Shown here one piece after another: positions 37,128 to 46,433 of a DNA stretch of 64,000 nucleotides. The notes beneath the pieces were generated by a model. The model saw only the letters and a list, made by a program, of their open reading frames with translations, did no database searches and was not told the DNA's origin. The position numbers and the translations under genes are program-made. Location of the stretch: positions 31,521 to 95,520 of the forward strand of contig CAZDMH010000006.1 of assembly GCA_964506755.1 (NCBI GenBank), written 5' to 3'. This stretch comes from an uncultured Spirochaetales bacterium (GTDB lineage: Bacteria > Spirochaetota > Spirochaetia > DAHUYW01). How positions within the stretch are numbered: position 1 is the first letter of the stretch; each line of letters opens with the position of its first letter.

Positions 37128-38004
37128 TTGGATCCATCCGTTCTTGGTCTCCGAAGTACTGCTCGAGAAGCAACTTCGCGAGGCGTACGTCGGCCCGGCG
37201 GTTGTCGCCCGACTCGCGCTCCACCGCCGCGACCGCGAGCTTTCGCCGCGTGATGAGCTCCGGAAGAATCGTAGCAAATGGAACCTCGCCGGCACCGGCC
37301 GGTACCTCCTCGGCGTGCACGGCGTCGGGGTAGCCGGGAACCGAGCTCCGTAAGTCGGAGCCTCGCTTGCGGCGCGCGTCCTTGCAGTGGAAATGCACGC
37401 TTACATCGTAGAGCGCTTCACAAGAGCTCGGGACATCGTACCCGTAGAAGAGGAAGTTGGCGGGGTCGAGGTTCACTCGAAAGCTAGGCGAGTCGAAGTG
37501 GTCTATGAGCTCTCTGAGTGTCTCTCCGTGCTCGGGTCCGGACTCGACTGCGAACACGACGTCGTCTCGCTCCATTTCTTCGATCCAAGACCCGACGCAC
37601 CGCAGGAAGCTCGCATCCTCGTGCCAGCCGGTGTCCTGCAGCGTCCCGATGTGACCGGTCACGTAGCGGCACCCGAGCCTGCGGGCGAGACGGGTCAATC
37701 CGCGCTCCTGCTCGACTCGCTCCGAGGTCTTTCCGGTCTCCAGCAGTGATCCGTAGCCTCCGGAAAGTGAGGAGAGGCTCAGGCGGTATGACCGGAGCTG
37801 AGTGAGGAGCGCTTCGCAGCGTGCCTCGTCCATTCGGTCGACGGTGAGGTCCGTGCCGACGTTGCGAAGCTGGACCCAACGGAAGCCGAGCTCATGGGCG
37901 GCCGCAAGGTTCTCGTCAGTCGTACCGGCGAAGGAGATCAGCACGACACTTATGTCGGCATCTCGACTCCCCTCCTCGATTCCGGAAGGTTTTCTGCCTG
38001 TCAT
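37120..38004 (-). CDS. sugar phosphate isomerase/epimerase (xylose isomerase-like TIM barrel)
   Basis: 294 aa. Conserved …FHCKD…, …ERESGDN… blocks of the AP-endonuclease-2 TIM-barrel family. An 8-nt overlap with the downstream oxidoreductase start suggests translational coupling. Confidence 0.75.
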   Translation of the reverse strand: MTGRKPSGIEEGSRDADISVVLISFAGTTDENLAAAHELGFRWVQLRNVGTDLTVDRMDEARCEALLTQLRSYRLSLSSLSGGYGSLLETGKTSERVEQERGLTRLARRLGCRYVTGHIGTLQDTGWHEDASFLRCVGSWIEEMERDDVVFAVESGPEHGETLRELIDHFDSPSFRVNLDPANFLFYGYDVPSSCEALYDVSVHFHCKDARRKRGSDLRSSVPGYPDAVHAEEVPAGAGEVPFATILPELITRRKLAVAAVERESGDNRRADVRLAKLLLEQYFGDQERMDPNG

Positions 38005-39137
38005 GCGAGCAGCTCATGAACCCGCGCGGTCGAGATGAAATTCAAGACGAGAGGTTGAGAACGATCTTTTTGCGATTGCTGCCAGGTCGCAAAGATGCCC
38101 TCTTCAGTCGTGAGCGTCTTTACATACCGACTCGAACCGGTTCCGTAGGGGGAGACGAACGAGGGAAAGAGCGTGGAAATCCGTCGAAGTTGCAGCTGAT
38201 CATCGTCAAGGCCGACAGCGAGGCCGCCAAGCTCCTCGCACGAATATCCTCGTGGACGTCGAACAGCCTGCTCGTGCTCCGCATAGTTGCGAACCGACTC
38301 CCCTCCGTCGTAGAAGAACAGGATGAGCGGGGGGAGATTCGCGAAATGGCCTACGCGGGGCACCGCGAGAGTGCCGGTGATGCGGCTCATCGAAACATCC
38401 CAGGTGAACCCACGCGGGAAGAAGCCGAAGTGTGGTTGTCCGAAATCATCTGCGCCCGCCTTTCGCACGGAATACGCGCTGTTCGAGCTCGACCAATTGA
38501 AGGGATGAGTGCAGTAGATGGCCACATCGTTTCCATGATCGTTGCGATAGAGCACGGGATCCTTCACGTGCATGTGTGAGGGATCCTCTGCAGCGAACAC
38601 CTCGGTGAGCCCCGAAGGCGACAGCTCCTCAGGCGTTCCCCCGCGAATCACATCGATTGTCCAGATGCCGGTGCCCGGTTTGCGGAACCGGTCGAGCCCC
38701 GGCGGATAGGGAATGCCCGCCTTCTCCGAGGAGATGTAGAACTCCAGCCCACGCGAGCCGAAATAGAGCGAGGTGCCCTCGATCGAGATTACCTCCCGGC
38801 CCGGCCGGCCGAGCTCGGCCTTGTTCATCGTGACAACCGGTTCGAAGGTGCGACCATGATCCTTGGAGCGTAGGATCGCGAGCTCGAGACCGCGTTCACC
38901 CACACCGGTTCCTGTGCGAGAATCTCCTGCATTGCGATACCGTCCGCAGAGGTAGAGAACCCCGTCGGCGTTCTCTACGAGGTTTCCTCCGCCGAACCAG
39001 TAGCCGTCCGCGCTGCGTTTGGGTGCCACTATGACGCGCGCTGCGTTCTGGTCGATCAAAGCCGCCGCAAGCTTCTCGAGTCTGTCGAGGGTAGCAATCG
39101 GCAGCGTGCTCAGTGATTTCATCTCATCTCCAATCAT
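38001..39137 (-). CDS. BNR-repeat (sialidase-like) beta-propeller glycoside hydrolase
   Basis: 378 aa with an Asp-box motif SKDHGRTF (S-x-D-x-G-x-T-W/F) and beta-propeller-like periodicity. No signal peptide is obvious. Confidence 0.6.
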   Translation of the reverse strand: MIGDEMKSLSTLPIATLDRLEKLAAALIDQNAARVIVAPKRSADGYWFGGGNLVENADGVLYLCGRYRNAGDSRTGTGVGERGLELAILRSKDHGRTFEPVVTMNKAELGRPGREVISIEGTSLYFGSRGLEFYISSEKAGIPYPPGLDRFRKPGTGIWTIDVIRGGTPEELSPSGLTEVFAAEDPSHMHVKDPVLYRNDHGNDVAIYCTHPFNWSSSNSAYSVRKAGADDFGQPHFGFFPRGFTWDVSMSRITGTLAVPRVGHFANLPPLILFFYDGGESVRNYAEHEQAVRRPRGYSCEELGGLAVGLDDDQLQLRRISTLFPSFVSPYGTGSSRYVKTLTTEEGIFATWQQSQKDRSQPLVLNFISTARVHELLA

Positions 39138-39144
39138 TGGTCGG

Positions 39145-40008
39145 CTATCCTTTCAGGGCGCCCGATGTCAGCCCCCGTACGATGTTCTTATTTGCGAATA
39201 CGAAGAATACTACAATGGGTATGATGACGATTACGACGCCGGCGAATATCACGCCCCATTCGATGGAATACTGCTGGATCTCTACGATCCTGAGCATTCC
39301 GAGCGGAATCGTGTACTTTGACTGAGAGCTCAGCAGAATCATTGCGTGATAAATCTCGTTCCAGTTGCGGAGGAAGAGGAAGATCGACACCACCATCATT
39401 CCCCCTGTCGAGATCGGCAGAATGATGCGAAAGAAGGTCTGGAAGTGGGAGGCCCCGTCAATGGCCGCGGAGTCTTCGAAGTCGCGGGGAAGGTGACGAT
39501 AGAAGGACTCCATCAAGAAGACACCGAACGGTACCCCGGCTGCCACGTAGATCAAGATGAGGCCGACGCGGGTGTCCAGCAGGCCGAGTCTTCGCAGTAT
39601 CAGAAACTTTGGAACGAGGGTAAGGATGATCGGAAGCATCATTGAAGCGGTGAGAACCCAGAACGCGGCTCTGGTAAAGGGGTTCGGAAAGCGCGCTATG
39701 ACGTACGCCGCGAGCAGCGAAAGAAAAACGCCTACGGCTACCGATGATGCGGCGACGATAATACTGTTCATATAGAAAGCGCCGATGTTCGCCTCGGTCC
39801 AAGCCCGGAGGTAGTTGTCGAAGTGGAATACCGCGGGGATTCCGAGCGGGTTCTGGTAGAGGGCCCGGTTGTCCTTGAACGATCCGAAAAGCGTCCACAC
39901 GAGCGGATAGAGCATGACCACGGTCCAAACGAGGAGGACGATCAACCCGACCGACCAGAGAAACGAGCTCACTACCCCACTACCTGAGCGCCCAGCTTCA
40001 CTACGCAT
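39145..40008 (-). CDS. carbohydrate ABC transporter permease (MalG-like)
   Basis: 287 aa, 6 TM, with the EAA loop region …IDGASHFQTFFRIILP…. Confidence 0.85.
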   Translation of the reverse strand: MRSEAGRSGSGVVSSFLWSVGLIVLLVWTVVMLYPLVWTLFGSFKDNRALYQNPLGIPAVFHFDNYLRAWTEANIGAFYMNSIIVAASSVAVGVFLSLLAAYVIARFPNPFTRAAFWVLTASMMLPIILTLVPKFLILRRLGLLDTRVGLILIYVAAGVPFGVFLMESFYRHLPRDFEDSAAIDGASHFQTFFRIILPISTGGMMVVSIFLFLRNWNEIYHAMILLSSQSKYTIPLGMLRIVEIQQYSIEWGVIFAGVVIVIIPIVVFFVFANKNIVRGLTSGALKG

Positions 40009-40975
40009 ACTCGATCGCCTCCTGTCTCAGTACACGCGACAGTACGGCAGTCAAGATGAGAGCGAGCAGGAAGTTGAGGATAGCTACTGCGGTGCCGTAG
40101 CCGAATTTGAAGTTGTCGAACGCCTGAAAATACATGTAGGTGCCCAAGACCTCCGTGCCGTGGTTCGGTCCGCCTCGGGTGAGGATCCTGATGAAGACGA
40201 AGGTGTCATTGAGTGTGTTGATAACCATCAGCGAAAGACAGGTTTTCAGAACGTTCTTCATGAGCGGGATGACGATCGTAAAGAATTGTCGGATCTTTCC
40301 CGCCCCCTCCATCTCGGCCATCTCCAACAGAGACCGGGGAATGTTGCTCATCCCGGCGCTGATGATAAGCATCTGATATCCAACCGACGCCCATATCGTG
40401 GCGAATATCACCGAGCCGAGGGCTGTGCTGGGATCGCCGATCCATGCGTGCGTCAGCCTATCGAGGCCCGCCATACGGAGGAGGCCGTTCAGTATCCCGA
40501 TCGAAGGGTTGTAGATGAATTGGAAAATGATTGCGACGATCGAGATCGACAGGATGTTCGGAAAGAAGATGATGCCCTGGAACAGCTTCGCACCCTTTCG
40601 GAAGCCAAGGAACAGCATTCCGCTGAACAATAGGGCAAGGGTCATCGTCAAGATGATCTTGACGACGACGATCGTCAGATCGTGAGACAACGACTGCCAA
40701 ACGATTTGGTCTGACAGAAGGCGAACGTAGTTGTCCAGCCCCGTGAAGAGCTTCCGTTGCGAGAGACCGCTCCACTGAAAAAAGCTGATGTATATTCCCT
40801 GAAAGACGGGAAAGATATGCAAGAACAGCGAGATTGCCAAGGCCGGACCGAGCCCAATGATCATGAATAGGGTAGCGGAGCGGTGCTTGGATACACGATA
40901 TTCCATTGGCGGTCGATTCCCTCCGACGGCAGACTCTTCGCGAGGAGGGGAGGTGGAGCTCCCCTCCTCGAACAA
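40001..40975 (-). CDS. carbohydrate ABC transporter permease (MalF-like)
   Basis: 324 aa, 6 TM, with the EAA loop …EMAEMEGAGKIRQFFTIVIP…. Confidence 0.85.
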   Translation of the reverse strand: MFEEGSSTSPPREESAVGGNRPPMEYRVSKHRSATLFMIIGLGPALAISLFLHIFPVFQGIYISFFQWSGLSQRKLFTGLDNYVRLLSDQIVWQSLSHDLTIVVVKIILTMTLALLFSGMLFLGFRKGAKLFQGIIFFPNILSISIVAIIFQFIYNPSIGILNGLLRMAGLDRLTHAWIGDPSTALGSVIFATIWASVGYQMLIISAGMSNIPRSLLEMAEMEGAGKIRQFFTIVIPLMKNVLKTCLSLMVINTLNDTFVFIRILTRGGPNHGTEVLGTYMYFQAFDNFKFGYGTAVAILNFLLALILTAVLSRVLRQEAIEYA

Positions 40976-40977
40976 TG

Positions 40978-42330
40978 CTATTTGGGGAAGTAGGCTTTCA
41001 GAAACTTGACGCTCTTGTCGTTTCGAACCTTCTCGGCCGCCGCCTCCACATTCTGGCAGAACTGGTCTGCGGTAACCTGTTTCGTCATGAGTGCCTGGAG
41101 TTGCGATGAGATGGTGTTCCTCACTTCGTTCGACAAGTATCCGCCCTCAGGCCAGGAGATCTGCTGCACCTTGTTCATCCAGTCGAGTGCGCTCTGGATC
41201 GCCGGGCTTTTCGGCGCCTCCGCATTCGCGGCAGGCTCGTTGGAAAGGATATTGGTCAGCTGGGTCATGCGAATCATCATCTTCTTCGAATAGAGTGCGC
41301 GCACGAACTCTTTCCCGGCGGCTTCATTGCCTCCTTTGAAGATGACAACTGACGCGTTCCCGTAGGGCGTTACGATCGGTTTGACTCCCTTGTCGATGAA
41401 GAAGGAGGGCAGGAATCGGATACCGTCGGCAAAACCCGGAGGAAAGTCCTTCGACATCTCGCTCTCGATCCATGTTCCCGTCGGTACAAATGCCGCCTTT
41501 CCGTTGATCCATTCCTGTTGGCTCTGGATGTGGTTCATTCCTTCGGAACCCGCAAGCAGATAACCTTTGTCGATAACCTGTTGGTACTTCTTGATGACGT
41601 TCTTGAACACGTCCGATGTGAAGAATCCCGGTTTCAGCTCGACCCAATCGATGAAAGCCTGCCGTCCACCTTCGGCACCGACGGCTCCACGAAGCACGAA
41701 GTCGGTGAAATAGTAGGGATAGACGCCGGTTGTAACCATCGGCTCGATGCCCTTCGCCATCATCTTCGGCGCTTCCGCGAGGAACTCCTCGAAGTTCGTC
41801 GGCGGTGTCCACCCATTCTTGTCAAAGATGTCCTTGTTGTAGAAAAAGCCGATGAGGTGGAACGGGAGCTGGATGCCCCAGGTTTTGCCGTCGAGCACGT
41901 CGAATCGATACGATAGGATCGTGTCGCGCAATGTCTCGGTGCCCGCCCAGTTTTTGCCGTTGAGAAAGTCGTCCAGCTGGAGAATCAGCCCTTCGTTGTA
42001 GAGCTGATCCACCGTAATGCGTCCTGCGCCGGCATTGAAGTAGACCTCCGGAGGATCGCCCGCGACGATCCGCGGTCGAATCTGGTCGTGAACCTTGGGA
42101 TTCGCGACAAGATTCACGGCAACGTTTGGATAGCGAGAGTTGAACTCCTTGATGACATCCTGCCAGAACTCCACCTTGATGGGCCCGACGAAGGCGTAGA
42201 CGTTCAACTTGCCACTGAGACCGGCGCCGGCGGTTGTCGATGGCGTCTCCGTCGTGCCGGACGCGAATAGCGCCGCGGATGCGACGAGGAGCAAACCGGC
42301 TGCGATGAGGAGACCGAACAATCGTTTCAT
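40978..42330 (-). CDS. carbohydrate ABC transporter substrate-binding protein (family 1)
   Basis: 450 aa with a signal peptide, upstream of the two permeases. Confidence 0.85.
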   Translation of the reverse strand: MKRLFGLLIAAGLLLVASAALFASGTTETPSTTAGAGLSGKLNVYAFVGPIKVEFWQDVIKEFNSRYPNVAVNLVANPKVHDQIRPRIVAGDPPEVYFNAGAGRITVDQLYNEGLILQLDDFLNGKNWAGTETLRDTILSYRFDVLDGKTWGIQLPFHLIGFFYNKDIFDKNGWTPPTNFEEFLAEAPKMMAKGIEPMVTTGVYPYYFTDFVLRGAVGAEGGRQAFIDWVELKPGFFTSDVFKNVIKKYQQVIDKGYLLAGSEGMNHIQSQQEWINGKAAFVPTGTWIESEMSKDFPPGFADGIRFLPSFFIDKGVKPIVTPYGNASVVIFKGGNEAAGKEFVRALYSKKMMIRMTQLTNILSNEPAANAEAPKSPAIQSALDWMNKVQQISWPEGGYLSNEVRNTISSQLQALMTKQVTADQFCQNVEAAAEKVRNDKSVKFLKAYFPK

Positions 42331-42363
42331 GGGAACCTCCCTTTTTTGGCCCCTGCGGGGCCT

Positions 42364-43539
42364 CTATGTGACTGCGTCGATTCGGAATGGGAACATCGTC
42401 CCCACGTTTCCGGCGAACGCTGATTCCAGGTTGAAGAGAGCATACTCTCCGACCAGCAGCGCCGCCCCGACTGCTGCGGAATCGAGGTGCAGCGCTGCCC
42501 GTCGAATCGTCATTTTGCGTTCCATGACGGGAAATGAACATTCGGGAATGAGGCTCTCCAATAGAGGAAAGAGCTCCGGCAGCTCCGCGATCATCGACCC
42601 ACCGATAACCACGGTCGTAATGCCGGTCAGGCTGACAAGGTTGCCGATACCGGCCGACAGATACTGAGCAACTCGGCGGATGACACCCGACCGGGCACCG
42701 TCGTCCTTTGCGGCTCCGAGCTGCGACTCGACGATCGACCGCTTTGCGAAGACCTCGAGACAACCTCGGTTGCCGCACACACATCGCGGACCAAACGGAT
42801 CGACACTGGTATGTCCCAGCTCGGTTGGAAAGTGAGACCCGCCTTTGAAGATCTTGTCGTTGTAGATGAACCCCGATCCGATGCCGTCCGCGAGGGTAAC
42901 GTAGATGAGATTTCGTTCGCCGCGAGCTGCGCCGACGAGCTTCTCAGCAAAAGCCGCCACGACAGGGTTCTGCTCGATAATGACCGGGACCCCAACGCGC
43001 CGCTCGAACTCGTCGCTGCGCAGCAATCCGTTCCAGTTGTGGAACTCGGTAGCCATGAGCAGCTTCCCCTCTTCGTAGTCCATGATCCCGGGCGACCCGA
43101 GCCCCATCCCCAGTACGCGTCGGCCTTCGTCCCGCATCTCTTCGATGAACGGCATAATCTCCGCGGCGATGAGCTCCATGAGCCGGCCGAGGTCATCTTC
43201 CGCGTAGTCGAACGAGAATCTGCGGAGAATGGCACCGGTCAGATCACAACAGACGCCGAGCACGTGGGTCCTTCGCAGCTCCACGCCGAGCACTGCATGC
43301 TGCTCACCCGTGAATGAGTACCTCGGAAGCTTTCGGTTGTTCTTACTGATGCCCTCAGATTCGCAGAGCAGCCCAAGGCTGTTGAGATAGTCGACGATCT
43401 TCGTTACGGAGGGGATGCTGAGACCCAAGGCGCGGGCAAGCTCGTTTCGAGACGCGCCGTCAGTCTCGCGGATTGTCTTCAGGAGCAGATAGGCGTTTTC
43501 ACGACGTTGTTCTTTCGCGTTTTTCGTAACCGTCGTCAT
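42364..43539 (-). CDS. ROK-family transcriptional regulator (NagC/XylR-like)
   Basis: N-terminal wHTH (…SRNELARALGLSIPSVTKIVDYL…), ROK sugar-kinase-like fold and CxCGxxGCLE zinc motif (CVCGNRGCLE). Confidence 0.85.
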   Translation of the reverse strand: MTTVTKNAKEQRRENAYLLLKTIRETDGASRNELARALGLSIPSVTKIVDYLNSLGLLCESEGISKNNRKLPRYSFTGEQHAVLGVELRRTHVLGVCCDLTGAILRRFSFDYAEDDLGRLMELIAAEIMPFIEEMRDEGRRVLGMGLGSPGIMDYEEGKLLMATEFHNWNGLLRSDEFERRVGVPVIIEQNPVVAAFAEKLVGAARGERNLIYVTLADGIGSGFIYNDKIFKGGSHFPTELGHTSVDPFGPRCVCGNRGCLEVFAKRSIVESQLGAAKDDGARSGVIRRVAQYLSAGIGNLVSLTGITTVVIGGSMIAELPELFPLLESLIPECSFPVMERKMTIRRAALHLDSAAVGAALLVGEYALFNLESAFAGNVGTMFPFRIDAVT

Positions 43540-43616
43540 TCTCTGTCCCGACCCTGATGGTAAGTAAACTTAAGTTAGTTGCTTCGCCATTATAACACGG
43601 CTAGTCGGGCTGTCAA

Positions 43617-45368
43617 CTAAATTCTCAGAGCTGCAGCTACAGGGGAGTCGGAAAGCCGTCGGTCGGGATCCATCCGTTTCCAGGTATCGAAGAACAACCG
43701 GGCGGCTTCCCGGTACGAGATCCCCTTCAGCTCCACGAGGATACGGATGCTTCGATCGACAAGCTTCTTGTTTGTCGGCAGCACATGCACCATCCAGTTG
43801 CCTTCGATGCGCCCAAGGAGCGCGGCGGTGACTGTGGAGACTACGTTGAAGATGAGCTTCACGGCGAGATGACTCGCGACAGCCAGGGGGCCGGCAGGAA
43901 TGGAGAGGGGGACCGTGAAGCGTGCGCCTCTGTGGGTGCCCCCAATGTTGAGCCCGTAGTGGTCGTCGAATCCTTCTGGAACAGCCAGCTCTTCGACGGC
44001 GAGTCGACTTTCGACATCGACCCAGAGGAACACCGCCGGGTGCCTGGTGGTTCTCGAGACGTCCGATTCATTTCCGATGGCATATGCGTAGCAGCTGCGC
44101 GCCGAGAGGTCGGGCGGATTCTCCGCCAGCTGTGACGGTGCGTTCATGGCGCGGTAGGTCTCGGAACCCCAGTCGAGACCGGTGGGAGGGCGCTGAAGGA
44201 GATCCTTCCAGGCGGCGGGCGTCGCAAGAAATGGATGTTTTGCGAAGGCCCAACTCGGTTCCAGCGTTGACTCATCGCGACGAGAGAACGGGGGCAGTGC
44301 GAAGGTTGGCGTTCGTTCGGTGGTGTCTGCAAGTATGTCGATGAGATAGGTGTCGGCAAAATAGGTGACCAGTCCATTGCTTCGATAGATTTCGCTTTCT
44401 GCCTCGACGGCGCCGGCCAGTCCGGAGACTGCTCCCGGTTCCGACAGCTGCCTGAGCAGCCCGGTGATGCTGTCGGCGAAATCCGACGGTGTCGCCGGAG
44501 GCGGCAGCTCGACGCCCTGCGATTCCGTCGCCCACGAGCTTACCGCCCACTCGAGAGCGTATCCGATACAGACGAGCTCGAGTGAGGTTGCCTGCATTCG
44601 CGTGGAGCCTGCGATGGCCATCGGCCCGAACGGTGCTTCGATGAAGCAGATTCCGTTCCTCGAAAAGAGCTGCCTGCAGCGTTCGAGATTCTGTTCCATC
44701 AATGCACGTGGGTTACAGTAGAAGAAGTAGGTCTCCGCCCCTCGTTCGTCGGCTTCGAGGGTCATTCCAATCGTGCTCCATGCGATGCCAGCTTCTCCCA
44801 GTGCAACGAAAAGATCGTCCGGGCCGATTCCGGTTTCGCTCACCTGTCGGCGGCCGAAGCTCTGATGGTCTTCGAAGTACTCCACCGAACGGATGACCGC
44901 GAGCTCACCTCCGCTCACGACGCTTCCGGCCTTGTCGGCAAGCTGCAGACAGCGATCGCGAAGAGAGGGACACCGGTCGGCGGTTTCAATGAAGCAGCGG
45001 CGCCACATGGCCTCAAGCTGGGCGGACATGCGTCCCGACGCCCCGCAACCTCCGAAGTATATGCGTCCGTCGGTTTCAAGGAGGCGGCGCACAGAGCGGC
45101 GAAGGCGATCGATCTCGTGAGATCGAAGCAGATCGGATGCCGTTTCGATCATGCTGCTGTCGACGGCGAAAAGCTGCCGGATTCCCTCGTCCGTTCTTCG
45201 CTGCGCCGTGTCGCCGAAATGGGCAGTAAGAGGGTGTGCCTGCTCGGTTGGCAGAAACCCGAGTTGGAACTGCCGTTCCCGTTCTACGAAGTCGTCGGCC
45301 TCCGCACGCGCTTCATCTGAGATGTTCATGTTCCTACGGAGGGTAGCCAAGGAGAGGATGACCGTCAA
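43617..45368 (-). CDS. large SIS-domain protein (MurQ etherase / GckR-like sugar-phosphate binding)
   Basis: 583 aa. An SIS-like GRIYFGGCGASGRMS nucleotide/sugar-phosphate loop resembles the MurQ/GlmS/GckR family. Its length and duplication are consistent with a two-SIS GckR-like architecture. By-eye assignment. Confidence 0.5.
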   Translation of the reverse strand: MTVILSLATLRRNMNISDEARAEADDFVERERQFQLGFLPTEQAHPLTAHFGDTAQRRTDEGIRQLFAVDSSMIETASDLLRSHEIDRLRRSVRRLLETDGRIYFGGCGASGRMSAQLEAMWRRCFIETADRCPSLRDRCLQLADKAGSVVSGGELAVIRSVEYFEDHQSFGRRQVSETGIGPDDLFVALGEAGIAWSTIGMTLEADERGAETYFFYCNPRALMEQNLERCRQLFSRNGICFIEAPFGPMAIAGSTRMQATSLELVCIGYALEWAVSSWATESQGVELPPPATPSDFADSITGLLRQLSEPGAVSGLAGAVEAESEIYRSNGLVTYFADTYLIDILADTTERTPTFALPPFSRRDESTLEPSWAFAKHPFLATPAAWKDLLQRPPTGLDWGSETYRAMNAPSQLAENPPDLSARSCYAYAIGNESDVSRTTRHPAVFLWVDVESRLAVEELAVPEGFDDHYGLNIGGTHRGARFTVPLSIPAGPLAVASHLAVKLIFNVVSTVTAALLGRIEGNWMVHVLPTNKKLVDRSIRILVELKGISYREAARLFFDTWKRMDPDRRLSDSPVAAALRI

Positions 45369-45396
45369 TCAGTGCGAGGAGGAGAAAAGAAAATGA

Positions 45397-45425
45397 TTGA
45401 GCCGCGCCGGCTGTTTGCGTATAAT
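45397..45425 (+). promoter_or_regulatory. sigma70-like promoter TTGAGC-17-TATAAT upstream of the CPBP protease gene
   Basis: -35 at 45397-45402 and -10 TATAAT at 45420-45425, with an extended TGnTATAAT-like context (tgcgTATAAT). Confidence 0.4.
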
Positions 45426-45563
45426 CGCTGACGTCGGTTCACGATAGCTTTTTGCCATAGGTCGTTGTTTCAGAAAACCACATCATACAAAGGTCTTGGT
45501 CGATGAATGCACACGCTCAGTGTGCACATCTCATTGTTGGCTTCATGGAATTGGGAGGCACAT

Positions 45564-46433
45564 GTGAGTAATGACAAACCTCTCCGAGACGCGACCGTAT
45601 TCTTCGTGATTACTATCGGCCTCTCCTACTTGGTCTTCTGGGGACCGCTCGCCCTCTTCAGGATTACTGCAATCAGTTTTGTGAGCGGAGAGAAGGGGCC
45701 GGTCTGGGCGATCGTGATGTTCATGATCGGCGGGTTCGTTCCGTCTCTCACCGCAGTCCTGCTGACGGCCGTCAAGGGCGGCGGCACGGCGCTCCGCCGG
45801 CTGGGGCGTCGCGCCATCCAGTTCAGGATCGGGTGGTCGAATTACCTTTCTATCGTCGTTCTGGTTGCCGTTGCCGCCGTGGCTCAGATCTTCGTGAACC
45901 GCCTGCTGGGCCACAAGTTCGAGTTCGGGCTCTTCGTGACTCAGCTCGGAAGCGTTCTTCCGCTCATCATCATCGGCCCGATCTCGGAGGAGTTCGGTTG
46001 GCGAGGATATGCGTTGGGCCGGCTTCAGACAAGGTTCAACGCCCTTCTCTCATCTCTGATCGTCGGCATCGTGTGGGGATTCTGGCATCTGCCGCTGTTT
46101 CTGATGCCGGGGACCTCTCAGCAAACACTCGGAATCCCTTTTGTTGGATTCCTCTGTGGGGTCACGGCCGTATCGATTCTCATGACCCTGTTCCACAATA
46201 GAACCGGCGGAAGCATCCTCACGGCCATCTTCTTCCACTGGGTCTACACCTATGCCGCGCAGGTTACCGCGACTGGCGTTACCCGCTCTCCGCTCTACAA
46301 CTGGTTGGAGTTCTCGCCGTACGTGGTGTTGGCCCTCGCCGCAGTTGCAATCTTCGGCGTGCGGCTGGGAATGGATGGTCCGCGCCGAGCGGTAGGAGGA
46401 CCGGATCTCCCCGGCGAGACTAGTCCTGGCTGA
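45564..46433 (+). CDS. CPBP-family (CAAX/Abi) intramembrane metalloprotease
   Basis: GTG at 45564 preceded by GGGAGG (45551-45556). The ORF frame opens at 45507. Motifs EEFGWRGY (motif 1), FWHLP (motif 2) and HWVYTY (His motif 3) in a polytopic membrane protein. Confidence 0.8.
   Translation: MSNDKPLRDATVFFVITIGLSYLVFWGPLALFRITAISFVSGEKGPVWAIVMFMIGGFVPSLTAVLLTAVKGGGTALRRLGRRAIQFRIGWSNYLSIVVLVAVAAVAQIFVNRLLGHKFEFGLFVTQLGSVLPLIIIGPISEEFGWRGYALGRLQTRFNALLSSLIVGIVWGFWHLPLFLMPGTSQQTLGIPFVGFLCGVTAVSILMTLFHNRTGGSILTAIFFHWVYTYAAQVTATGVTRSPLYNWLEFSPYVVLALAAVAIFGVRLGMDGPRRAVGGPDLPGETSPG

Noticed and set aside
36063-37295. Full 410-aa ORF for the Gfo/Idh/MocA gene
   Set aside because: The first 56 codons are an R/S-rich run-in overlapping the upstream gene. 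The Rossmann N-terminus starts at the ATG at 37127.
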